Shown here one piece after another: positions 18,368 to 28,368 of a DNA stretch of 64,000 bases. The position numbers and the translations under genes are program-made. This DNA comes from an uncultured virus (IMG/VR IMGVR_UViG_3300034105_004634) (Duplodnaviria > Heunggongvirae > Uroviricota > Caudoviricetes). The DNA lies in IMG/VR virus record IMGVR_UViG_3300034105_004634; one strand, written 5' to 3'. The notes below the pieces were generated by a model that saw only the letters and a list, made by a program, of their open reading frames with translations, was not told the DNA's origin and searched no databases. Each line of letters starts with the position of its first letter. Positions within the stretch are counted from its first letter, which is position 1.

Positions 18368-18766
18368 TTACATCATTTTAGATTCATCTTCCATGTCATC
18401 TTCCATTTCTTCCTCATCTTCCATTTCCTCTTCCTCATCTTCCATTTCCTCCTCGTCGTTGGAATATCCAGAATATTCAAATTCTCCTCTTAGCCATCCA
18501 GAAACCTCCTGTACATCGTCATTAGCAGTTGCGATGTGATCAGAAGCCCAATCATGTCCATCAGAAAGCATAGCATCTACCTCATTAGGATCCATTTTTA
18601 GCATGTCCTCAATATTATGTTTTATCGAAACTAGATTTCTAAAAAACATATAATGTTTTTGGCCATCAGTGCCATTTTCGTTTGTTACAGATTCCATGTC
18701 AGAGTTATACTCGTCCATAGATCCACCATTGTTTTTAAATTGTTCAAATGAAGCTATTTTTTCCAT
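18368..18766 (-). CDS. Acidic phage protein with EEEMED repeats and capsid-targeting-like N-terminus
   Basis: MEKIASFEQF, WASDHIATANDDV, three (D/E)EEEMED-type repeats; GATATATA at 18785-18792. Confidence 0.75.
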   Translation of the reverse strand: MEKIASFEQFKNNGGSMDEYNSDMESVTNENGTDGQKHYMFFRNLVSIKHNIEDMLKMDPNEVDAMLSDGHDWASDHIATANDDVQEVSGWLRGEFEYSGYSNDEEEMEDEEEEMEDEEEMEDDMEDESKMM

Positions 18767-18839
18767 TTTGTGTATTTTTTTTATTATATATCCAATTAGA
18801 TTAAAAAATTATATCGAGGTGCCTTCGTATAATACTAGA

Positions 18840-19730
18840 TTAGTCTAGTGACTCCCCGCAAGTGGGACAGAATTTCCAGTTTTGTTTTTTCATTCTAGTA
18901 CCACATCCTGGACAATATGATCTGATTTCGGAAACCTCCACAGGCTTAGCTGATCTTGGAAGTATCTTATACTCCGAAACGAATGACGCATAGGAATTAT
19001 AGGTCCCGTTGTCATTATCGAATTTCTGATTAGATTTTTCACCTTTCTCAATTCTACCGGTTTCTATGGTATCAGCTGACTTGGATCTTACTGTACTACT
19101 ACCGCTTGTAGAGATTGAGGTTGAACCTAAAGTATTGCCTGCGTTCTGTGCGCTTGCACAAAAGTAGGTGTTTGTCATTCCGCTGGTGTAAGTTAGATTA
19201 CCAGTTGTTGCCGTTGTAAATGTAGAGACTGGCGTAGAATAGGTACCATAGTCACCAAAGTTGATATTAGCAGGAATTGTTAGTGTGCTTGGATATGTTG
19301 TCCAGCTTCCGGTTCCTGCAGTCGTAATTCCCCAGGGGAAGTTTTGAAAATACTCCGCATGGAAATCAACTTTCAGATTACCATTTTTTGCAATTGCATC
19401 CTTAGCTCCCTTCGTGTTTTCAACATCATACGTTGAAAAGATAAGTTTTTTATTCTCATCTATAAATCTATCAAGAAAATATCTCTGCCCTGGTTTTAAA
19501 ACCAGACCTGATGAACTAATAGATTGGCCATTTATGTAGATCTTAGCTATATAAGAAATCTGGGTGGGATTGTAGAGTTCGATTTGAAACTCTTGTCCAT
19601 CTTCCAGGTAAACTTTTTCAGCTCCTGTACTTACGTCATATACTTTCTGACGATTGCTGGATACTGCGATCCAGGCTTGTGGTTTGTCAACAGAGAGTCC
19701 ATTGGCAATACCAAAATTTTTGTTTTTCAT
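18840..19730 (-). CDS. Conserved phage protein with C-terminal double zinc ribbon
   Basis: VYLEDGQEFQIELYNP, LVLKPGQRYFLDRF, S/T-rich linker, IETGRIEKG, CPGC...FCPTCG. Confidence 0.75.
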   Translation of the reverse strand: MKNKNFGIANGLSVDKPQAWIAVSSNRQKVYDVSTGAEKVYLEDGQEFQIELYNPTQISYIAKIYINGQSISSSGLVLKPGQRYFLDRFIDENKKLIFSTYDVENTKGAKDAIAKNGNLKVDFHAEYFQNFPWGITTAGTGSWTTYPSTLTIPANINFGDYGTYSTPVSTFTTATTGNLTYTSGMTNTYFCASAQNAGNTLGSTSISTSGSSTVRSKSADTIETGRIEKGEKSNQKFDNDNGTYNSYASFVSEYKILPRSAKPVEVSEIRSYCPGCGTRMKKQNWKFCPTCGESLD

Positions 19731-19848
19731 TTTTACCTTATTTATTTTTTTAAAATCCCATCGATGCTCATTCGAACATCTCTAAGGTCGCTAAACCCGG
19801 GACATCAAGTACTAAAGGCACCTTCAATACAATTCTTATTATATATCC

Positions 19849-20298
19849 CTACCAGGAATCTTCATCGTAATCATCATATGGACTATAGGAATCTTCAGAA
19901 TCTTCGTCCCATTCCTCATCCTCTCCTATAAATCCTCTATCATGCTCCTTTATGACGCTAGACCATTTATCACCATCCTTAAACCAAATGTAAGTTTGAT
20001 CCGGAATTTCACTCACCCATTCAATCTTAGAATCACTTACCCATCCACCGGGAATAAATGAATCTACGTTCTCTATCAGATCTTCAACTTCGTTAAGTAT
20101 ATCGTTGTCGAATGCCTCATCCTCTATATAGATCTCAATAAATCCATTAAAATTAACATTCAGAGCTGAACTAAATAAGGTACTAAACTTTAAGAATTCC
20201 TCATTGAGCTCCAGATCTGATTTAATATCATCTACCTGATCATTGAGAAATTTTCTACTAGACGTTAAGTCAATAGTTAAAAAATAATTGCTTTTCAT
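19849..20298 (-). CDS. Acidic hypothetical protein
   Basis: 149-aa ORF. Confidence 0.7.
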   Translation of the reverse strand: MKSNYFLTIDLTSSRKFLNDQVDDIKSDLELNEEFLKFSTLFSSALNVNFNGFIEIYIEDEAFDNDILNEVEDLIENVDSFIPGGWVSDSKIEWVSEIPDQTYIWFKDGDKWSSVIKEHDRGFIGEDEEWDEDSEDSYSPYDDYDEDSW

Positions 20299-20358
20299 TA
20301 TTCACTTTTTTACTTGTATATAACAAAAAAATATATATATTTATTGAAAATATAAAAA

Positions 20359-20703
20359 TTATTTTTCGGAAGCATTAGATTTATCAGGTCTACCAAGTTG
20401 TTCTCTTCTTTCTTCGGACATGGATCTCGAAAATATTCTAAGAGTTTTATCGCCACTAACGGATTGAAAAATTATATTGCTCTCGCTATTTGCTTTTAAC
20501 ATAAATGTAAGTTCACCTGGCTCGCTTACATCGTTACTCCATGCAATAACAACTGGATCATCAGAATCGAATTGGTAGCACCATTCCGCCTGATCAAAGC
20601 TTTCAATTCCTATTATCTTTTCTATCTGATCCTCGTCCATTGCACTGAACTTATCAGCTACTATAAATTCTTTTTCTTCGTTTTTTACCTCTTTTTTTTC
20701 CAT
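20359..20703 (-). CDS. Hypothetical protein
   Basis: 114-aa ORF abutting rnhB. Confidence 0.7.
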   Translation of the reverse strand: MEKKEVKNEEKEFIVADKFSAMDEDQIEKIIGIESFDQAEWCYQFDSDDPVVIAWSNDVSEPGELTFMLKANSESNIIFQSVSGDKTLRIFSRSMSEERREQLGRPDKSNASEK

Positions 20704-20704
20704 A

Positions 20705-21292
20705 TTAAATAAAATTTTGACAGAAAGTTTTTCTGTGATATTTAGTTATACCTATTTCTTTTATGACTTTTATATGATCTGCTGTGCCATAACCAACATT
20801 AGTTATCCAACCATATTTGGGATATTCGTTATCCAAAGATTTCATTAATCTATCCCTATGTACTTTAGCAAGTATCGATGCTGCTGCTATGGACTGTATT
20901 TTAGAATCACCCTTTATTACACATTCGTACGGGATTCCATTATACCCTGGGAATTTATCACCATCAATATATAAAAATTCAGGAACCTTTCCACAGCAAT
21001 CAATAGCTCTCTTCATTGCAAGAAATGTTGCCTGCGATATATTAATACGATCAACCTCCTCGGGTGATGCTGCACCTATACCCCAACATATTGCATTCTC
21101 CATTATGATCTTCTCAGCTTCCTCCCTTTTTTTAAGACTTTTGATTGTTTTGCTGTCCTTTATTCTCGGGTCACTAAATCCAGGTGGCAATATAACAGCT
21201 GCTGCTACAACCGCACCTGCCAATGTTCCCCTGCCCACCTCATCTACACCTGCTACTAGTTTCAATTGAGAAACTTCCATATTATTAAGCAT
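20705..21292 (-). CDS. rnhB: Ribonuclease HII
   Basis: GVDEVGRGTLAG, DSK, IDG, KGDSKIQSIAAASILAKVHRD, GYGT, HRKTF. Confidence 0.95.
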   Translation of the reverse strand: MLNNMEVSQLKLVAGVDEVGRGTLAGAVVAAAVILPPGFSDPRIKDSKTIKSLKKREEAEKIIMENAICWGIGAASPEEVDRINISQATFLAMKRAIDCCGKVPEFLYIDGDKFPGYNGIPYECVIKGDSKIQSIAAASILAKVHRDRLMKSLDNEYPKYGWITNVGYGTADHIKVIKEIGITKYHRKTFCQNFI

Positions 21293-21297
21293 TCTTT

Positions 21298-22869
21298 TTA
21301 TTTTAAAGTTGTGAATTCACCTTTTATGAAGTTTATGTGCTGTGCCTTTCCATCTTCATGTATAATAACGTGAGATTGAAGCCAACCACTAGGTCCTATA
21401 TTATAATTAACCCTTAATTTAGTTGATGTACCAACGGCTAAAGCTCCGTCCTTTCTACCCGGCGAATGGTAATGTCCAACAACTATTTTAGTATTTAATT
21501 TTCGAAATTGGATAAGAGAACCTCTAGTTCCACTGGCTCCTACGTCACCATGTTGTCCAAGTTCCCATCCATTTATAACAAAACTGTCACTACGTCCAAG
21601 AGTTACAAAAGTTGGAAATTTTTCCTGTATCAGGTACGGAATGATGCCATTCGGGGCTTTACCTTTTAATAGTAATGCACTATACTCCATGTATTCTATG
21701 GAATTCTTCATGGTTGTTGCTTTTCTCCAATCAGTTCCCTTCAACCAGCGATCCAAAAAGTCATCATGATTACTTCTAACTATGGTTGTGTTATAATCTT
21801 TAAAAGATTCAAGACCCACCAGCATCTCATCAATTTCTCTCCTTAATGAATTGGTGCCATCTATCTCCCTCTGGAATTGTATAAAAGGGTCTTTTGATTC
21901 ATGATGGTTAATGGAAAGTCCATCAAAGACATCATGTAAAACAACATTTTCTGGACGTATAAGAGAAAATAAATCCAATGTCCTACTTATCACTCTCTCG
22001 TCATGTTGACCGTAGTGTAGATCTCCTAATATGGCCGCAGAAACCTTCTCGATTCTTTTAACTACGCTTTTCTCTTCATCCGGATCATAAGAAACATTGA
22101 AATAAAGATCCGTGAAATCCCCATAATCGTTTGCCGTAACTTGTCTAGCAAAAAATGTATCTTTGTCCTTTATCTCAACAACAACAAATCCCAATGTGTG
22201 ATGGAATTCACCCTTCTTACCAGCTTTCGAATCAGTGTAATTGTTAACTGTACAAGATCCGGTGGTCATCATCATTTTTGGTAAATTTCCCTCCAGCACG
22301 GGAATAGTTTCCATATGAACTCTAGGTGATCCAAATACGCATGAATTTATACCACTCATTCCTTGTAATCCAGTCATCGGATCAACAGCGGTTGGCTGAA
22401 TCTTAACATCCGACATAATCCACATATGCTTATGAACCTCATGTCTACCTGCATCAAGATATTGCTCTATTCTTTCCGACCATGTATCATAGTTTCTATC
22501 CGTAAATATGGATGTTGGATTTTTATACCTTCCAGCTATTATGTGGATGTCAGCATCTATGAAATCAGCATAAGACTCTATGTTTTCAATAAAGGTCTCA
22601 TGAACTGGTGTATCATTTTGAGCCCATGTTATAATGAATCTCTTCTTCTTCTTGTTGAATTTTCTTTCTTTTGCCTTAATGAACTGCGGTGATTCTTGTA
22701 AAGCTTTTTCTGTTATTCCCAGCTTAGAAGCCCAAGCCTGAACAGTTCTTTCAGATTTACCTAGATAACTTTTAAGCTTTGACATTCTGTCGTCCCAAGC
22801 TAAATTCCTATCCCAATAGACATCTGAAATAGTTGTAATCTGTTCCGTAGTTAGATCCGAAAATTTCAT
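21298..22869 (-). CDS. Metallophosphoesterase-fold protein, T5 A1-like (possible nuclease)
   Basis: RFIITWAQNDTPVH, GDLH, LHDVFD, SNHD, QHGD, GHYHSP motifs. A1 likeness is from recalled family features. Confidence 0.7.
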   Translation of the reverse strand: MKFSDLTTEQITTISDVYWDRNLAWDDRMSKLKSYLGKSERTVQAWASKLGITEKALQESPQFIKAKERKFNKKKKRFIITWAQNDTPVHETFIENIESYADFIDADIHIIAGRYKNPTSIFTDRNYDTWSERIEQYLDAGRHEVHKHMWIMSDVKIQPTAVDPMTGLQGMSGINSCVFGSPRVHMETIPVLEGNLPKMMMTTGSCTVNNYTDSKAGKKGEFHHTLGFVVVEIKDKDTFFARQVTANDYGDFTDLYFNVSYDPDEEKSVVKRIEKVSAAILGDLHYGQHDERVISRTLDLFSLIRPENVVLHDVFDGLSINHHESKDPFIQFQREIDGTNSLRREIDEMLVGLESFKDYNTTIVRSNHDDFLDRWLKGTDWRKATTMKNSIEYMEYSALLLKGKAPNGIIPYLIQEKFPTFVTLGRSDSFVINGWELGQHGDVGASGTRGSLIQFRKLNTKIVVGHYHSPGRKDGALAVGTSTKLRVNYNIGPSGWLQSHVIIHEDGKAQHINFIKGEFTTLK

Positions 22870-22910
22870 TGATTATATTTTGATGATTAATGATATTTAT
22901 ATCACCTAAC

Positions 22911-22950
22911 AAAATAAAGGTTTCAGTATTATTGCTGAAACCTTTATTTT
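22911..22950. repeat. 16-bp perfect inverted repeat overlapping a putative promoter
   Basis: AAAATAAAGGTTTCAG-tattattg-CTGAAACCTTTATTTT. Confidence 0.8.
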
Positions 22951-22966
22951 TTATGATGTATTTTAT

Positions 22967-23218
22967 TTATAAATTCTCTATAGACATTATTTCATTTTCA
23001 TCTTGCAATTCATTCTCGAGCTCCTTAAAGAAATCGAGTATAAACTTACACTTTTCAAATTCCTCTGTTGATTCATAGTATCTTATCATCGATGACTCTA
23101 TTTCGTCCCTTCTCAATAAAATTCTTTGAGACATCATACTTTCCTTCCCATGTTTAAGCATGCTATTGTATGCGTTCTCAAAAATATATCTCTGATTTTC
23201 CCTACTATTTATTAACAT
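22967..23218 (-). CDS. Small protein with UVR-like motif
   Basis: MIRYYESTEEFEKCKFI. Confidence 0.65.
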   Translation of the reverse strand: MLINSRENQRYIFENAYNSMLKHGKESMMSQRILLRRDEIESSMIRYYESTEEFEKCKFILDFFKELENELQDENEIMSIENL

Positions 23219-23405
23219 TTCTATTATTGGTTTCTATTCTTATGACATTCAGAAGATCGCTACATTTATCATAATCCTCCAGTTTTTCAAATACATCCAA
23301 GCACTCTTTTATTTCCTGAATTGTTCGGATCTTTCCCTGACCTGACATTATCTCGGAATACATTTTCAAATAAGAATCATATATTTTTATATCCGAATCT
23401 TTCAT
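23205..23405 (-). CDS. Small protein with UVR-like motif
   Basis: CLDVFEKLEDYDKCSDL. Confidence 0.65.
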   Translation of the reverse strand: MKDSDIKIYDSYLKMYSEIMSGQGKIRTIQEIKECLDVFEKLEDYDKCSDLLNVIRIETNNRNVNK

Positions 23406-23411
23406 AATGAA

Positions 23412-23708
23412 TCATAAAATATTTAAACTCATTATATCCAGACACTTTTCATATTTTTCCATTCCCTCGCACCAATTTAGGTATTCCTTTAGAAAAATAG
23501 GAAATTTTTCACTCTCTATGCTACACATAAATATTTGGGAAGTTCCGGGGTTACCTGGGTCATCGTCAACAGAAGTAAAGAGTGATGCCATATCTCTTTT
23601 CTTTGATAATGCATTCTTAACCTTCTCATAAAAAAGATCTCCCAAATACATGCCGCTTTTATCCTTAATGTGTATAAAATCTCTAAATGTATGGGAATCT
23701 ATATCCAT
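23412..23708 (-). CDS. Small protein with UVR-like motif
   Basis: YLNWCEGMEKYEKCLDI. Confidence 0.65.
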   Translation of the reverse strand: MDIDSHTFRDFIHIKDKSGMYLGDLFYEKVKNALSKKRDMASLFTSVDDDPGNPGTSQIFMCSIESEKFPIFLKEYLNWCEGMEKYEKCLDIMSLNIL

Positions 23709-23712
23709 GATG

Positions 23713-24123
23713 TTACCCTCCTACACTGAATATAACTTTAGCAGCTACCGCTATAAGTGCGCCGAAAAGAATCCAAAGAGCTTGGTTAACTCCTTTTTTC
23801 CAGCTTTTAAATTCCTGAACGTCTATATTGAATTGCATATAATCGTCATAGCGATCCTGCTCCTGGAGTCTAAACCTGGTGTTTTCGTTAACCTTCACTA
23901 TTACACCGTCATCAGGATCCAATAATTTTTTCTTTATATCAGACATGTCATCCTTCAGAGATCTTTGCTCCCTTCTAAGATCATCCATGCTTGTTTGAAG
24001 AATCTTTATTTCCCCGTTAGGCATATTAGATTTAAGATCCTTAATCTCGCCTAATATTTCCTTCATCAGAAAAGCTTGTGTTATTTCTTTTTCGTCCATA
24101 ATTACTTCCGGTTTATTGCCCAA
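23713..24123 (-). CDS. Coiled-coil protein with C-terminal TM helix
   Basis: KKKLLDPDDGVIVKVN...ALWILFGALIAVAAKVIF; GATATATA at 24146-24153. Confidence 0.7.
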   Translation of the reverse strand: MGNKPEVIMDEKEITQAFLMKEILGEIKDLKSNMPNGEIKILQTSMDDLRREQRSLKDDMSDIKKKLLDPDDGVIVKVNENTRFRLQEQDRYDDYMQFNIDVQEFKSWKKGVNQALWILFGALIAVAAKVIFSVGG

Positions 24124-24173
24124 TACACCAAAGTTTATTTATGATTATATATCGAATAAATGATCCGATATTT

Positions 24174-24395
24174 TTAACGAAGGACTTTATTTTCAGGAAT
24201 ATCTATAACAACATCAGGGAGTTCTGTAAATATATCAAATGCATCAGAATCGGAAATAACTCTAAAAATACCATAGTATTCATCGCTAGATTCACCAAAA
24301 CTATCACTAATAATTTTTATTCCCATTAATGAAATTATTTCACACACCCCTATATGAGATCGGGGATCCATTGTTTTTATATAGTACTCTAGCAA
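24174..24395 (-). CDS. Hypothetical protein
   Basis: 73-aa ORF. Confidence 0.55.
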   Translation of the reverse strand: MLEYYIKTMDPRSHIGVCEIISLMGIKIISDSFGESSDEYYGIFRVISDSDAFDIFTELPDVVIDIPENKVLR

Positions 24396-24399
24396 AACT

Positions 24400-24687
24400 T
24401 TATTCTTTATTTAATATTGCATTAGTTGGTATGTCACAATGTATTAGGTAGTATGTATTATCAGATTCGTTAACAACAACCATGCGATCTCCGTCCGCGG
24501 AACCTATCAGTCGTAGTGTTCTGTCCTCATATAAAAACTCACTACCAAGATGTGATTGTTCTAATTTAGATCTTCTTATGAATTTATTTTGGTTTCTCTC
24601 GTACATCTTAGCATAATGTTTTTTGATGCTATCCGACGGTTCGTTCATCTTTTTAAAATCGGGTCCTAAGGTCATTGGTTTTTCCAT
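24400..24687 (-). CDS. Hypothetical protein
   Basis: 95-aa ORF abutting the TS paralog. Confidence 0.65.
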   Translation of the reverse strand: MEKPMTLGPDFKKMNEPSDSIKKHYAKMYERNQNKFIRRSKLEQSHLGSEFLYEDRTLRLIGSADGDRMVVVNESDNTYYLIHCDIPTNAILNKE

Positions 24688-24688
24688 T

Positions 24689-25483
24689 CTATAATTTTGA
24701 TTGTTTTAGTATTCCTTTCTCTTTATTGAAACAATGCAGAGAGACAATATGCATTGCAAAATATCCAGGTTTAACGTCCTTCCATCTTTCATAATCTCTA
24801 GCTTTGAGCGTATCGAGAACATGGAGAAGTTTCCTACATGCCATGTAAACATCATCCCTGAAATGTCTTATATAGTCACACGATCGAATATAATAAACTA
24901 TATGTAAGTTTTCTCCTCTTCTCATAAAATGATAACCTATGGTGCAAGGTACACGTTCACCGTGAACAGTTCCAGTGTCTTCAGGAAACCAGATAGGAAG
25001 AAATGCCTGTCTAGTAAAAGGTTCTCTTTCCATTAGATCTATAACGTCCTTAAAATCACCATATTCAAATCTAATACCTTCTAGAACTCTATAGTCAGGA
25101 TCTCCTGTATCGTTATTAAGAGGTGCTCTTTTAGGCCATATTCTCTCTGGATATGTATGTGAAAACTGTTCATGTCCACCAAACTGTTCATTATTCTTCT
25201 GGGCGAAAGGCCACCATTCATGGGAAGGTGGTGGATTAAGGGGTAAACCGCTAACTCTTTCTTCAAAATGATCATCCGCCCATGGCAGATTTGGTCTAAG
25301 CTCAGTTCTTAGCTCCTCCAATGTTTCAGGAATGAAAAACTGAAAAGAATGATTCATGGTTTCCCACATATCATCAGGAGATTCAATTCCCTGCCATTTT
25401 TCGGTTTTAACTACATATCCACAATCGGATAGTCTTTCCTTTGTCCATTTTATTGCTTCAGAAGGTTTAGAGAAAGTTTTCAT
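24689..25483 (-). CDS. Thymidylate-synthase-superfamily enzyme, probably dCMP hydroxymethylase/methylase
   Basis: TRQAFLPIW, VPCTIGYHF (catalytic Cys), RSCDYIRHFRDD with Asp at the position of E. coli TS Asn177 / T4 gp42 Asp179, SLHCF. Confidence 0.75.
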   Translation of the reverse strand: MKTFSKPSEAIKWTKERLSDCGYVVKTEKWQGIESPDDMWETMNHSFQFFIPETLEELRTELRPNLPWADDHFEERVSGLPLNPPPSHEWWPFAQKNNEQFGGHEQFSHTYPERIWPKRAPLNNDTGDPDYRVLEGIRFEYGDFKDVIDLMEREPFTRQAFLPIWFPEDTGTVHGERVPCTIGYHFMRRGENLHIVYYIRSCDYIRHFRDDVYMACRKLLHVLDTLKARDYERWKDVKPGYFAMHIVSLHCFNKEKGILKQSKL

Positions 25484-25543
25484 TTATAGGGTTTATCTTT
25501 TATACGACAAAAATCGGAATAAATTTCAAAAACAATGAGATAT

Positions 25544-26254
25544 TTATTCGGGAAAAAATATCTCATTAACAGCAGGATCCCATTCAAAAATAAAGGGTTT
25601 GTGTGCATAGTTATAATCCTCATTAAGAACTGATGCATTGAAAAAGTGAGTATCGCCATCGAAAACATACCCATAGCCTGTGTGTATATGTCCACACACA
25701 TGAATCTTTGGTTTTATTTCCTTTATTCTCTCTATTAGCAATTCACATCCAAGATTTTCATTTCTCTTACCCTCAACAGTATCCAGATAGCCGTATGCTG
25801 GTCCATGTGTTATCAGAATATCAGTAAGCTCTGGTATAGCTTCCCATTTAGACATAAGACCAGGTCCATTTTTGGGCAAATTGAAAGCCCAGCTATAAAA
25901 CCACGGCTGCCAAGGTGAACCATAGATGCTAACGAAATTATCCTGACTGCCATCTATGAAATGTGAGTCACAATCATCTTGCAAATATGTAATATTTGGA
26001 AATTGATTAACTATCATATTAGCTTCGATAGGAAAATTCTCGAATATTCTGTCGTGATTACCAGCTATAAATATTTTTGTTTCATATTGATCCAGCGAAT
26101 CAAACCATTCGCAAAAATCTTGCAATTCTTCCTTTTTGTATCCCGTACCCATTATATCACCAGCGAATATAAGTATATCACCACCAGGGAGATCCGCCGT
26201 TACCTGCCGGTGCTTACGATGTGTGTCAGATATTAGCGTTATTTTTAGTTTCAT
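25544..26254 (-). CDS. Calcineurin-like metallophosphoesterase
   Basis: ISDTH, AGD, AGNHD, ITHGP, CGHIH. Confidence 0.9.
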   Translation of the reverse strand: MKLKITLISDTHRKHRQVTADLPGGDILIFAGDIMGTGYKKEELQDFCEWFDSLDQYETKIFIAGNHDRIFENFPIEANMIVNQFPNITYLQDDCDSHFIDGSQDNFVSIYGSPWQPWFYSWAFNLPKNGPGLMSKWEAIPELTDILITHGPAYGYLDTVEGKRNENLGCELLIERIKEIKPKIHVCGHIHTGYGYVFDGDTHFFNASVLNEDYNYAHKPFIFEWDPAVNEIFFPE

Positions 26255-26266
26255 ATTATGATTTTT

Positions 26267-26773
26267 TTATTCATTTATCGAATCACCCAGAATTCTGGAT
26301 AATGTAGTTTCTATATTTTTAGATGAAGCATTCTTAACCAGCTCTGATCTTTTAGAAAACTCCGTGTTTCCTCTTATAAAAATCCCATTCATATCGTTTA
26401 AGAATTTTTTTCTATCCTCAATAACATTATTATCCATATCATCTATATCGGATTCCATTCTATCGATAACTCTATCAACAAGTAAATTACCGATTCTTTC
26501 ATTTAATTCTATTAGAACAAAGTTTATCCTTATAGAATTACTAGTGAGAGAAATAATGTATTTTTTGTCTCTTGTCTGTATTCTTATGGATTTGCTCTTA
26601 GTTGAATAAATAACTCTATTCTCCGCATTATTTAAAAGATTTTTTATCATCACTGATATCTCTCGTTCCTCCCTAGTCATCTTGGGAATCATCTGAAAAA
26701 TGTCCCTTTTGATAGTTCTACTAAAGAGTGGAAGAACCAAACCAATTCTTTTTTTAAAATGTCTTAAGTCCAT
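26267..26773 (-). CDS. Hypothetical protein
   Basis: 168-aa ORF after a TACATTTG promoter-like site. Confidence 0.7.
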   Translation of the reverse strand: MDLRHFKKRIGLVLPLFSRTIKRDIFQMIPKMTREEREISVMIKNLLNNAENRVIYSTKSKSIRIQTRDKKYIISLTSNSIRINFVLIELNERIGNLLVDRVIDRMESDIDDMDNNVIEDRKKFLNDMNGIFIRGNTEFSKRSELVKNASSKNIETTLSRILGDSINE

Positions 26774-26791
26774 ATTTTTAATTTAGATTTA

Positions 26792-26799
26792 CAAATGTA
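26792..26799 (-). promoter_or_regulatory. Bacteroidota-type -7 element (TACATTTG)
   Basis: TAnnTTTG with TTTTTAATCCCG upstream. Confidence 0.65.
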
Positions 26800-26854
26800 T
26801 GAATAAACATCGGGATTAAAAAAAATATTTATGGATTTTTAATGAACAGATATA

Positions 26855-26886
26855 AAAAATCCCATAAATATATTTATGGGATTTTT
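26855..26886. terminator. Palindromic hairpin / probable terminator
   Basis: AAAAATCCCATAAATA|TATTTATGGGATTTTT, perfect palindrome. Confidence 0.7.
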
Positions 26887-26920
26887 ATGTTGAATGGATT
26901 ATATTATTAGGTTTATATGA

Positions 26921-27301
26921 TTAACTTAATAACATCTGATCTCCACCTTTTTTATTATTTCCAGGTTTTCTACCCCTTCTATTCTTGGTTTTTATTGTCT
27001 CTGCCGGTTCTATAGGAAATTCAGGCTTTTTATTTTTTATCGGTTTTTTTCCTGCAGGTTCGGTTTTAGATTTTATAGATTTTTTAACCTCATCCTGTAA
27101 TATTTTAGATGTCACGTCTACCGCATCGATGGCTTTTTTACGTTTAGTGCTCGTACGATTATCTAATTTTGGCTCATCAGCAGCAAAAATTTCATTTCTT
27201 TCCTCCACTCTTTTCTTTTTTTCCCTCTGTATACCAATAACCAATAAACTAATTGGTAATACTACTGCTAATAGGGATGCGATGATAACTATAATTTCCA
27301 T
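26921..27301 (-). CDS. Membrane-anchored basic protein
   Basis: N-terminal TM helix followed by a Lys/Arg-rich tail. Confidence 0.7.
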   Translation of the reverse strand: MEIIVIIASLLAVVLPISLLVIGIQREKKKRVEERNEIFAADEPKLDNRTSTKRKKAIDAVDVTSKILQDEVKKSIKSKTEPAGKKPIKNKKPEFPIEPAETIKTKNRRGRKPGNNKKGGDQMLLS

Positions 27302-27361
27302 TTGATCTGATTTAATTAATTTTAATATGATTTGATGTCTTTCAACTTCTTGTTTTTACTA

Positions 27362-27402
27362 TTCGTGTACTTTAGCTTATCTAAAATAAACTAAAGTACG
27401 AA
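27362..27402 (-). terminator. Hairpin downstream of tmRNA
   Basis: TTCGT(GT)ACTTTAG...CTAAAGTACGAA inverted repeat. Confidence 0.5.
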
Positions 27403-27412
27403 ATAGCGGGTG

Positions 27413-27887
27413 TGGATAATGAGGGATTCGAACCCTCGTCTTGTTCAGATAGCCAATGGACTCATTTACAGGCTTAGCATCATTTTCTAATGATACAAAA
27501 TAGAAGGAATCCTATTTATCATAGAAGCTTTTAGAGCTGTCGTCGGACGTCGGATCCAGCGGCTGGACGTCTCGGCATTTAATCTACTTACTCTTTTATT
27601 CTTTCGCCCCCTGTATAGACTTTCGTCAGATGCTCAAGGTCAGCCTTGACTATTAAGGGAGCCACCTGAATGGCTTTTCACCTTTACTTTCCTTGGTAAG
27701 TGAGACCAGGTCGGTTAAGCCGCTATCGCAAGCTCAGCCTTAGCTGCGGGAGCACCAAACATGTTGATGGTATCCCAAACGTTGTTTTTGCCGTTTAAAG
27801 CGTTGTATAGGTTATTTAAGAGTTTCCAATACTAACTCTGCCTGCATCTCAAAGAACGAACTCTGCCAATCAATACCGTGATTACCC
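27413..27887 (-). ncRNA. ssrA: tmRNA (about 475 nt)
   Basis: 5' GGGTAAT pairs with 3' ATTATCC-A including the G3:U Ala determinant; T-arm GAGGGTTCGAATCCCTC. Internal tag ORF 27792-27715: GKNNVWDTINMFGAPAAKAELAIAA-stop. Confidence 0.93.
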
Positions 27888-27998
27888 TTGTTTATTATTA
27901 AAGAAACATTCTTGCTTTTTGTTTCTCTTTTTATTAAATAATTTTTCTTTATTTTGTAAATATATGCGAATAAAATTAAAAATATTCTAACTAAATAC

Positions 27999-28310
27999 CT
28001 ACCAAAATCTTGTTAGCTGATCTATATCTCTTGATTGAAACTGTTCATCTGGAGCCATGACTACAGATAATCCATCAGCTAATGAATACAATTCTTCCAA
28101 ATAGTCAATCACTTCATTTGTTTTGATCGGATCTATCGCTATTTGAGCAATAACATCCGCTGCTAATTGATCTATGGAAGCTTCAAAATTATCACTATTA
28201 TGAAAATTAAAATATTTTTCATACTTCTTGACCCAATCTTTAATCATAGACATCTCGTTATCGGTTAGACCATTATCACTAAATTCCGAAAATTCTAATA
28301 TTATTGACAT
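27999..28310 (-). CDS. Hypothetical protein, capsid-targeting-like N-terminus
   Basis: MSIILEFSEF; divergent from 28369 across a GATATATATATTC element. Confidence 0.7.
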   Translation of the reverse strand: MSIILEFSEFSDNGLTDNEMSMIKDWVKKYEKYFNFHNSDNFEASIDQLAADVIAQIAIDPIKTNEVIDYLEELYSLADGLSVVMAPDEQFQSRDIDQLTRFW

Positions 28311-28368
28311 TTTAATTGCACTTATTTCGACGTGGATATATATATTCTAATTATAAAAATTAAAATAT

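Noticed and set aside
27413..27445. Stand-alone tRNA gene
   Set aside because: The T-arm and 3' acceptor strand pair with a 5' strand about 470 nt away, with a tag ORF in between, so this is tmRNA.
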